Shown here: piece after piece, positions 1 through 5,849 of the stretch | Layout of the letters: each line of letters begins with the position of its first letter | Numbering within the stretch: the stretch's first letter is position 1 | Assembly (NCBI GenBank): GCA_934444895.1 | Contig: CAKSDA010000061.1 | Location: 1 to 9,398, forward strand | Source: an uncultured Eubacteriales bacterium | GTDB taxonomy: Bacteria > Bacillota > Clostridia > Oscillospirales > Acutalibacteraceae | DNA length: 9,398 nucleotides | Direction: 5' to 3' | Translations under genes and position numbers: made by a program | The notes under the pieces: generated by a model | Told to the model about the DNA's origin: nothing | What the model saw: the letters and a program-made list of their open reading frames with translations, nothing else | The model's database searches: none

Positions 1-135
1 GCGGAAGAAGTGAGCGCGTACTCGCCTACCGGGTATACCGGCACGACCTACAGCGGATACGCGGAGATACCCGCGGCTGAAGCCGGAGGCTGCACAGACT
101 GCGGAAATCGGCGGCCGCCAAATTGCGCGTTTTGA
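1..135 (+). CDS. 3' end of a 5'-truncated ORF (hypothetical protein). The visible tail reads ...YSPTGYTGTTYSGYAEIPAAEAGGCTDCGNRRPPNCAF*.
   Basis: Frame 1 is open from base 1 to TGA at 133-135. It is absent from the ORF track because there is no start in the window. The peptide is S/T/G/Y/A-rich and ends in a C-x2-C-x8-C tail. The region is GC-rich, so other frames are also open: frame 2 from base 14, and one minus frame. The frame assignment is therefore tentative. Confidence 0.4.
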   Translation, partial: AEEVSAYSPTGYTGTTYSGYAEIPAAEAGGCTDCGNRRPPNCAF

Positions 136-139
136 AAAT

Positions 140-565
140 ATGCTTAACCATAATTACCTGTTTGAAGATGAATTTTCTTCTGACAGAGATGTTATTGAAA
201 AATCAATAATTTCACTTAACAGTTATGTTGATGATAATAACGAAATTGACAAGTCGGTTGTACTTGGATTTATAAAAAACATGTATGGTCTGAGTGTCGA
301 TGAAAATTCTGCGGTTTACAGTTTCGCTCCTGCCGGTGCCGGGAAATTTGCGGTTATTGCCTGCGGTTACAGCCAGGTAAAGCACAGCAACATTTCGGCA
401 GTATTTGAAGAGGGAAGATATGTTGTTTCTTCAGATATGACGGTTTCTCCTCATGACGGCGATGCATACACTGTCAAGGTGAAAACAATTTTTGTGGAAA
501 ATAAAGAATCTTCTTTCGGATACAACATTGTCGGAGCATATATTTCAAACGAAAACAATGCATAA
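140..565 (+). CDS. Hypothetical protein, 141 aa, with no motif I can recognise.
   Basis: The ORF runs from ATG 140 to TAA 563-565 and begins 4 nt after the upstream TGA. The 20 nt upstream carry no Shine-Dalgarno sequence. A strong terminator follows 43 nt downstream. The amino-acid composition is protein-like, with no TM segment, signal peptide or catalytic motif seen. Confidence 0.6.
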   Translation: MLNHNYLFEDEFSSDRDVIEKSIISLNSYVDDNNEIDKSVVLGFIKNMYGLSVDENSAVYSFAPAGAGKFAVIACGYSQVKHSNISAVFEEGRYVVSSDMTVSPHDGDAYTVKVKTIFVENKESSFGYNIVGAYISNENNA

Positions 566-607
566 AAATATATTTGTGTTGAAATTTTAAAAAAGACAGC
601 AATATTT

Positions 608-634
608 AAAGCCCGCTTTTAAGCGGGCTTTTTT
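608..634 (+). terminator. Rho-independent terminator downstream of the 141-aa ORF.
   Basis: AAAGCCCGCTT (608-618) and AAGCGGGCTTT (621-631) are perfect reverse complements. The GC-rich core is GCCCGC/GCGGGC, and the T-run extends to 634. Confidence 0.85.
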
Positions 635-823
635 GTGCAATTTTAGAACCCTTGTGCTGCGCTCGATAGGGGAAATTACCGTTTAGGTTAATTATCGCCG
701 AACCTGCCCAAAACAGTAAGCTTTAGGCATTTTTAGTCTTGTCATCTTTTCCTGGCATCTGCCAAATGATAAAATAAATAATTATATAGTATTTTTTTAT
801 GTAAAATACGGCAAAAAAGCACA

Positions 824-852
824 TTGATTTTATAACCAAGGTAATATATAAT
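824..852 (+). promoter_or_regulatory. Sigma-A type promoter for the histidine-phosphatase gene.
   Basis: TTGATT (824-829), a 17-nt spacer, then TATAAT (847-852). It lies about 30 nt upstream of the GAGGTG RBS at 870-875. Confidence 0.6.
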
Positions 853-881
853 TAATCTGGTATTTTATTGAGGTGATATTT

Positions 882-1562
882 TTGACGGATTTGTATATTG
901 TCAGGCATTGCGAGGCACTTGGAAACAGCAAGAGAATATTTCAGGGTATCAGTGACTGCGATATTACCGATTGCGGCCGCAGGCAACTTGCGCTTTTGTC
1001 GGAAAGGTTTAAAGATATAAAACTTGACGCAATATATTCAAGTCCGCTTAAAAGGGCAAAAGCAACCGCCGAGGCAATAAATAAATATCATAATCTTGAA
1101 ATTGTTACCGAAGAAAAACTGATTGAAATCAACGGCGGAGAAATTGAAGGAATTTGCTGGGTGGATTTCCCGAAAACGCGCCCGGTTCTTGAATATAACT
1201 GGAATATGGAACCGCATAAATTCCATCCGAAAGACGGAGAATCAATGCAAAGCGTTTACAAACGCTCATGGGAAGCGGTTCAAAAAATTATAGGCGAAAA
1301 TAAAGGAAAAACAGTGGCAATAGCATCGCACGGCTGCACAATAAGAAATATTTTATGTCATGCCGAAGGAAAGCCTATTGAGAAGCTTAACACAGTTGAC
1401 TGGGCTGATAACACCGGCGTATTTCTTTTAAGATTTTTTGATGACAAAAGTCTTCCTGAAATAAAACTTTTCAATGATATTTCTCACCTGACCGAAGACT
1501 GTTTACCGGTGCAAAACAGAATAGGAAGAATATTTTTAAAAAAGCCTGAAGCAGCCGAATAA
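882..1562 (+). CDS. Histidine phosphatase family protein (phosphoglycerate mutase / CobC-like superfamily).
   Basis: The N-terminal LYIVRHCEALGN matches the RHG-x-x-x-x-N phosphohistidine motif of the family, here as RHC. A second catalytic-His motif, ASHGCTIRN, is present. I prefer the TTG start at 882, which sits 6 nt after GAGGTG (870-875). The ORF-track GTG at 873 lies inside the RBS. The stop is TAA at 1560-1562. Confidence 0.85.
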   Translation: MTDLYIVRHCEALGNSKRIFQGISDCDITDCGRRQLALLSERFKDIKLDAIYSSPLKRAKATAEAINKYHNLEIVTEEKLIEINGGEIEGICWVDFPKTRPVLEYNWNMEPHKFHPKDGESMQSVYKRSWEAVQKIIGENKGKTVAIASHGCTIRNILCHAEGKPIEKLNTVDWADNTGVFLLRFFDDKSLPEIKLFNDISHLTEDCLPVQNRIGRIFLKKPEAAE

Positions 1563-1649
1563 CAGAGGCTTAATGTTTAAATATTTAATTTATATAAGCT
1601 TAATAGCCGGTGCAGCTGACGGCTGAATATAATCAAAGGGGACGGCACC

Positions 1650-2063
1650 ATGATAATAATGTCTGTTGATTTGGGAGATGCGCGCACGGGAATTGCCGTT
1701 AGCGATAAAGGCGAAAAATTTGCCTTCCCAAAATGCGTTATTCATGAAAAAAATAAGGAACAGCTTATATCTAAAATTATTGAAGCCGCAAAGAAAGTTT
1801 CGGCAGAAAAAATTGTTGTGGGATTGCCTAGAAATATGGATGGTTCTCTGGGATTTAAAGCAAACGATTGTACCGCCGCCGCAGAAAAAATAAAAGAAAG
1901 TTTTTGGGGCGAAGTAGTTATGTGGGATGAACGCTGCACAACGGTATCGGCTCATAAGGCGCTTAATGTTACCAACACAAGGGGAAAGAAAAGAAAAGCG
2001 GTGGTTGACGCAGTTGCCGCAACTATGATTTTAGAAGATTATTTAAGATATTTAGACAGATAA
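1650..2063 (+). CDS. ruvX: Holliday junction resolvase-like / pre-16S rRNA nuclease RuvX (YqgF family).
   Basis: The length is 137 aa. The N-terminus SVDLGDARTGIAVSD is the YqgF signature (LDxGxxRxGxAxSD). The sequences GLPRNMDGS, a C-terminal basic patch and DAVAA..ILEDYL are also typical. The RBS AAAGGGGA (1635-1642) sits 7 nt before the ATG. Confidence 0.9.
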   Translation: MIIMSVDLGDARTGIAVSDKGEKFAFPKCVIHEKNKEQLISKIIEAAKKVSAEKIVVGLPRNMDGSLGFKANDCTAAAEKIKESFWGEVVMWDERCTTVSAHKALNVTNTRGKKRKAVVDAVAATMILEDYLRYLDR

Positions 2064-2149
2064 CTGGATAATTGTGATATGTAATTATAAAATTAAATTG
2101 TTAAAATTTTGCATTTGATTTTAAACAGAATTTTGAATTTAGTTTAAAA

Positions 2150-2187
2150 TTAAGGTTTATATATTTTTTAAGGTTTTTATATATTTT
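2150..2187. repeat. Imperfect tandem direct repeat (18 nt + 20 nt) in the AT-rich spacer upstream of the PHP gene.
   Basis: TTAAGGTTTATATATTTT (2150-2167) is followed immediately by TTAAGGTTTTTATATATTTT (2168-2187). The two copies are identical apart from two extra T. Confidence 0.6.
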
Positions 2188-2237
2188 CATTTTGTTCTTG
2201 CAGGCGCAGCACCTGTAAAAAGTAAAGGGTGGTTGGT

Positions 2238-2927
2238 ATGTTTAAATATGAATTGCATGCGCATTGCAGTGAGGTTAGCAGATGCGGACGCTCTACGGCA
2301 TTGGAAATGGCAAAGGCGTTTAAAAGCGTAGGTTACAGCGGCATGGTTTTTACGGACCATTTTATATACGGTAATACCAATATACCGCATAGCGGCAAAT
2401 GGGAAGATCGTATGAAGATGATATTTGATTCATATAAAGAAGCCGAAGAATTCGGCAGAAAAAACGATTTTTTGGTAATACCGGGAATAGAACACCATTA
2501 CGGACATGGAAAAGAAGTTTTGGTATATGGAAATATAACATTTGAGGATTTGGCAGCGCATCCTGAAATTGAAACAATGAATATAAAAGAGTTTTGCGCC
2601 CTGTGCCATAGTTTAGGCTGGTTTGTTTCGCAGGCTCATCCTTTTAGAGAAAGGGGTTACATAGAACCGGGGATTGCAATTAACACCGGAATTTTGGACG
2701 GAATCGAAGTATATAACCACTGCAACAATTCTAAAGAAAATCAAAAAGCGGTTTTGCTCTGCGCAAAAGAAGATTTAATTCCAACATCCGGATCGGATAC
2801 CCATGATTCTTCGCTTTGCGGAAAGGCCGGAATAGCTCTCGATTTTAAAATATCAAACGGACATGAACTTGCAAGAGCTTTGTTTGACCGAAAAGCAAAA
2901 ATTATTGTGGACGGCAAGGTAATTTAG
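2238..2927 (+). CDS. PHP-domain metal-dependent phosphoesterase (histidinol-phosphatase-like superfamily).
   Basis: The PHP motif series is present: ELHAHC (HxH), FTDH, GIEHH, QAHP and GSDTHD. I prefer the ATG at 2238, which sits 5 nt after AAAGGGTGG (2224-2232). The ORF-track GTG at 2229 overlaps the RBS. The stop is TAG at 2925-2927. Confidence 0.8.
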   Translation: MFKYELHAHCSEVSRCGRSTALEMAKAFKSVGYSGMVFTDHFIYGNTNIPHSGKWEDRMKMIFDSYKEAEEFGRKNDFLVIPGIEHHYGHGKEVLVYGNITFEDLAAHPEIETMNIKEFCALCHSLGWFVSQAHPFRERGYIEPGIAINTGILDGIEVYNHCNNSKENQKAVLLCAKEDLIPTSGSDTHDSSLCGKAGIALDFKISNGHELARALFDRKAKIIVDGKVI

Positions 2928-3001
2928 AAAAACAAAATTCAAAACACCTATTTAAATTTGCGCTTTATATTTTCTGAAAATATTAATTGGGGGATATGTT
3001 A

Positions 3002-4081
3002 ATGGGAATGTTTAAAAAGTGGCTTAACAGGTTTTTTATAGACGGTTTAAGCGGAATGGCCATAGGTCTGTTTTCTACGCTTATTATCGGAACAATAATT
3101 GTGCAAATAGGAACCTTCTTAGGTGGATATTTGGGAAGCGTTCCGGGCAATATGATTATATCGGTAGGAAAAATAGCAATGGCTTTAACCGGCGCCGGTA
3201 TAGGTGTTGGGGTTGCAATAAAGTTTAAAGAAGCCCCCGCGGTTGCAATCTCTGCCGCATCTGCCGGAATGGTAGGAGCATTTGCTACAAAAATACTCGC
3301 CGGAGCGGTTTTTTCAAACGGAGTAATAACATTTGCCGGTCCCGGAGAGCCCCTCGGAGCATTCCTTGCAGCGTATGCCGCAATTGAAATCGGCCATTTG
3401 GTTTCCGGAAAAACTAAAATAGATATTATACTTACTCCGCTTGTTTCTATTTCTTCAGGAGCGGCTGTAGGAATTTTGCTCGGTCCTCCCATATCTTCCC
3501 TTATGACCCAGCTTGGAAATGTTATAAACTGGGGAACAGAACAGCAACCATTTTTAATGGGAATAGTGGTTTCGGTAATTATGGGAATGGTTTTAACACT
3601 TCCGATAAGTTCAGCCGCCATAGGTGTAATACTTAATTTAAGCGGTATTGCGGCGGGAGCGGCAACAATAGGTTGCTGTGCTAATATGATTGGTTTTGCA
3701 TTTGCAAGTTATGAAGAAAATAAATTGGGCGGCGTGTTCGCTCAGGGAATAGGCACAAGCATGCTGCAGGTTCCGAATATTGTTAAAAAACCTGTAATAT
3801 GGCTGCCTGCAATTGTTACAAGCGCTGTACTGGGTCCGGTTTCCACATGTCTTTTAAAAATGACAAATAATGCAACCGGGTCCGGAATGGGAACATGCGG
3901 ATTTGTGGGACAGATAATGACCTATCAGACTATGACTGCCCAAGGCACAGCGCCGGTTACGGTTTTGCTTGAAATGCTTGTAATGCATTTTGTTCTGCCG
4001 GCAGTAATGGCATATGGTATAAGCAAGCTTATGCGTAAGGCCGGTTGGATAAAAAGCGGAGATATGAAATTGGATTTATAA
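3002..4081 (+). CDS. Polytopic membrane protein, PTS EIIC-like (PTS_EIIC_2-type family). Substrate unknown.
   Basis: It is highly hydrophobic and G/A/I-rich, with about 10 predicted TM segments. The N-terminus FKKWLNRFFIDGLSGMAIGLFSTLIIGTII resembles the stand-alone EIIC-like permease family from memory; I have no search result to confirm this. I prefer the ATG at 3002, which sits 7 nt after TGGGGGA (2988-2994). ATG 2996 and 3008 are in-frame alternatives. The stop is TAA at 4079-4081. Confidence 0.7.
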   Translation: MGMFKKWLNRFFIDGLSGMAIGLFSTLIIGTIIVQIGTFLGGYLGSVPGNMIISVGKIAMALTGAGIGVGVAIKFKEAPAVAISAASAGMVGAFATKILAGAVFSNGVITFAGPGEPLGAFLAAYAAIEIGHLVSGKTKIDIILTPLVSISSGAAVGILLGPPISSLMTQLGNVINWGTEQQPFLMGIVVSVIMGMVLTLPISSAAIGVILNLSGIAAGAATIGCCANMIGFAFASYEENKLGGVFAQGIGTSMLQVPNIVKKPVIWLPAIVTSAVLGPVSTCLLKMTNNATGSGMGTCGFVGQIMTYQTMTAQGTAPVTVLLEMLVMHFVLPAVMAYGISKLMRKAGWIKSGDMKLDL

Positions 4082-4097
4082 TTATTAATTTTATAAT
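4070..4097 (+). promoter_or_regulatory. Possible internal sigma-A promoter for pyk.
   Basis: TTGGAT (4070-4075, inside the end of the EIIC-like gene), a 16-nt spacer, then a perfect TATAAT (4092-4097). It lies about 17 nt upstream of the AGGGGA RBS. AT-rich context makes chance matches likely. Confidence 0.35.
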
Positions 4098-4126
4098 TAA
4101 TGTAGGTTTAATTAGGGGATATTTAT

Positions 4127-5548
4127 ATGCGAAGAACAAAAATCATTTGTACGCTGGGACCGTCCAGTAATGATGAAAAAACAATAAGACACATGCTGCA
4201 AAACGGTATGAATGTGGCAAGATTTAATTTTTCTCACGGAGACCATGAGTATCATAAGAAAAACATTGAGCTTTTTCGAAGTGTTCGTGATAAAATGGGA
4301 GTTTCCGCCGCAGTTTTGCTTGACACAAAGGGACCGGAAATCAGGCTTAAAAATTTTGAAAACGGCTTTGCGGAAATAAAAAGCGGTGATTCGTTTACAC
4401 TGACTTCCAGAGATGTTATAGGTAACGAAAAAATTGCTTCGGTATCCTATTCAAATTTGCCGTCTCAGCTTAAAAAGGGAGATACCGTGCTTATAGATGA
4501 CGGTAAAATTGCACTTTCTGTTGAATCGTCCACCGATACGGATATAAACTGCACGGTTGTTGCCGGAGGAAAGATTGGAAATCATAAGGGCGTTAATATC
4601 CCAAATATTCACATTGATATGGAGTATTTAAGCAAAAAGGATAAGGAAGATATAATTTTCGGCGTTGAAAACAAAGTCGATTTTATTGCCGCTTCCTTTG
4701 TCAGAAATAAGGAAGATGTTATAGCTCTTAGAAATTTTGTTGACTATTACGGCGGACAGGATATTAAAATTATATCTAAAATTGAAAATATTGAGGGCGT
4801 AAACAATTTTGACGAAATATTAAAGTATTCTGACGGAATTATGATAGCTCGTGGAGATATGGGCGTTGAAATTAAATACGAACGCCTGCCGGGCATACAA
4901 AAATCCTTTATTAAAAAATGTTATCAGTCCGGCAAAATGGTAATTACCGCAACCCAAATGCTTGAATCGATGATTAATAATACAATGCCTACAAGGGCCG
5001 AGATTACCGATGTTGCAAACGCCGTATTCGACGGAACATCCGCAATAATGCTTTCAGGTGAAACCGCAATGGGTGTTAATCCTGCGCATGTTGTAAAGGT
5101 AATGTCAAAAATAGCAACTCAGGCAGAAAAAGACGCTTTTAATATGAGCATTTACGGCGGCATTCTATATGATAACGATACAAATGAAATTACAGAAGCC
5201 ATATGCGACGCGGCATGTACTACCGCAAGAGATATTCATGCAAAGGCTATTATTGCTGTAACAAAATCAGGACACACTGCAAGGCGTGTTTCAAAATTCA
5301 GACCATATGAGGCAATAATTGCCGCCACACCTAACCTTAAAACTTTTCATCAGCTTTCACTTTCATGGGGAGTTTGCCCCGTTTTGGCACTGAATCAGAA
5401 TAACTCCGATGAGTTATTCAGGCATGCGGCTTGCTGCGCAAGAAAGCTGGGTCTTGTAAAAGCAGGCGATATTACTGTAATAACCGCAGGCGTACCGCTT
5501 AATATTGAGGGCACCACAAATCTTTTAAAGGTTCAAATAGTGGAGTAA
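4127..5548 (+). CDS. pyk: Pyruvate kinase, 473 aa, without the extra C-terminal PEP-utiliser domain.
   Basis: The N-terminus is the canonical RRTKIICTLGPSS...MNVARFNFSHGD. Also present are LDTKGPEIR, the active-site region MIARGDMGVEI, and MLSGETA. The RBS AGGGGA (4114-4119) sits 7 nt before the ATG. The gene ends in a double stop, TAATAA. Confidence 0.97.
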   Translation: MRRTKIICTLGPSSNDEKTIRHMLQNGMNVARFNFSHGDHEYHKKNIELFRSVRDKMGVSAAVLLDTKGPEIRLKNFENGFAEIKSGDSFTLTSRDVIGNEKIASVSYSNLPSQLKKGDTVLIDDGKIALSVESSTDTDINCTVVAGGKIGNHKGVNIPNIHIDMEYLSKKDKEDIIFGVENKVDFIAASFVRNKEDVIALRNFVDYYGGQDIKIISKIENIEGVNNFDEILKYSDGIMIARGDMGVEIKYERLPGIQKSFIKKCYQSGKMVITATQMLESMINNTMPTRAEITDVANAVFDGTSAIMLSGETAMGVNPAHVVKVMSKIATQAEKDAFNMSIYGGILYDNDTNEITEAICDAACTTARDIHAKAIIAVTKSGHTARRVSKFRPYEAIIAATPNLKTFHQLSLSWGVCPVLALNQNNSDELFRHAACCARKLGLVKAGDITVITAGVPLNIEGTTNLLKVQIVE

Positions 5549-5647
5549 TAAACTTTAAGAACTGCAAAAATGAACGCAAAGCCGCAATCTAAAAGGCGGC
5601 GGGTGAAACCTCGGCAGGTTTAACCGGCAGCAGCGTTTAGTTAGAAC

Positions 5648-5676
5648 TTAAATAAAAATACAAAGAATGCTAAAAT
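5648..5676 (+). promoter_or_regulatory. Promoter-like element with an extended -10, inside the pyk/tatD convergent spacer.
   Basis: TTAAAT (5648-5653), a 17-nt spacer ending in TGC, then TAAAAT (5671-5676), giving a TGnTAAAAT extended -10. The -35 is weak and the context is AT-rich, so a chance match is plausible. Confidence 0.3.
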
Positions 5677-5698
5677 TAATACTGTATATTATATATAG

Positions 5699-5746
5699 AT
5701 TAAGAGATAGATTAAAAAATAAATTAAGAGATAAATTAAGAGGCTC
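5699..5746. repeat. 12-nt tandem repeat array of four units, the last merging into the terminator stem.
   Basis: The units are ATTAAGAGATAG (5699-5710), ATTAAAAAATAA (5711-5722), ATTAAGAGATAA (5723-5734) and ATTAAGAGGCTC (5735-5746). ATTAA recurs at exactly 12-nt intervals. Confidence 0.75.
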
Positions 5747-5770
5747 CTTGAAAAAAGGAACCTCTTTTTT
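5738..5770 (+). terminator. Rho-independent terminator, possibly bidirectional, serving the pyk side and perhaps tatD.
   Basis: AAGAGGCTCCTT (5738-5749) pairs with AAGGAACCTCTT (5755-5766), giving 11 bp with one C/A mismatch and a 5-nt loop. A T-run extends to 5770. On the minus strand the hairpin is followed by a weaker U/A-rich tract. Confidence 0.75.
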
Positions 5771-5805
5771 GTTCGGCTGTAATGAGCCTAAAAATATAAA
5801 TTATC

Positions 5806-5849
5806 TAAATCATTAATTGTTTAAATTATTAATCGGTCAAATGATTAAT
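5806..5849. repeat. Three copies of a 12-nt AT-rich motif (YAAATNATTAAT) phased exactly 16 nt apart.
   Basis: The copies are TAAATCATTAAT (5806-5817), TAAATTATTAAT (5822-5833) and CAAATGATTAAT (5838-5849). A degenerate copy, TAAATTATCTAA, lies at 5797-5808. Confidence 0.55.

Noticed and set aside
753-764. TGGCAtcTGCCA considered as a sigma-54 (-24/-12) promoter.
   Set aside because: The GG and GC elements are 7 nt apart instead of the required spacing of about 12 nt. There is no TTGC -12 element at the right distance.
660-770. A partial resemblance to cobalamin-riboswitch core strings (AGGGGAA, CCTGCCC...ACAGTAAG, CTGCCA). This was tempting because the downstream histidine phosphatase could be CobC-like.
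   Set aside because: The motifs are in the wrong order and spacing relative to the B12 element. The GCCACTG and GGUGAAAAUCC-type motifs are absent. The best promoter lies downstream of the segment. I do not claim a riboswitch; only a cmsearch with RF00174 could overturn this.
111-980. Two GCGGCCGC (NotI) octamers, at 111-118 and 973-980, in an otherwise AT-rich window. This hinted at a cloning or vector artefact.
   Set aside because: The first lies in the locally GC-rich tail and the second encodes C-G-R within a well-conserved phosphatase frame. No vector-like sequence flanks either, so this is most likely coincidence.
1605-1624. The AGCCG-N10-CGGCT hairpin after the phosphatase gene, considered as a terminator.
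   Set aside because: The stem is only 5 bp, there is no following T-run, and the ruvX RBS follows directly. Read-through co-transcription is more likely.
873-3001. The upstream alternative starts used by the ORF track: GTG 873, GTG 2229 and TTG 2987.
   Set aside because: Each falls inside or directly on the Shine-Dalgarno sequence. In-frame starts at 882, 2238 and 3002 have proper 5-7-nt spacing and give N-termini that match family norms.
2983-3621. A 212-aa ORF on the minus strand, antisense to the EIIC-like gene.
   Set aside because: It is a typical shadow ORF. It is P/A/I/T-rich, mirroring the G/A/I-rich codons of a membrane protein on the other strand. It has no RBS, and the sense-strand product has clear family features.
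5570-5623. A 17-aa extremely basic ORF (MNAKPQSKRRRVKPRQV) within the GC-rich element after pyk.
   Set aside because: It has no RBS, it overlaps the predicted stems, and its basic composition is the expected by-product of CGG/AGG-rich sequence.
5667-5816. A 49-aa ORF (MLKLILYIIYRLRDRLKNKLRDKLRGSLKKGTSFLFGCNEPKNINYLNH) reading through the 12-nt repeats. It looked superficially like a small hydrophobic/basic type-I-toxin-style peptide.
   Set aside because: It has no Shine-Dalgarno sequence. Its ATG lies inside the spacer of the only promoter-like site. The hydrophobic stretch is only about 10 residues. The frame runs straight through an intrinsic terminator hairpin. The 4-residue periodicity is simply the translated DNA repeat.
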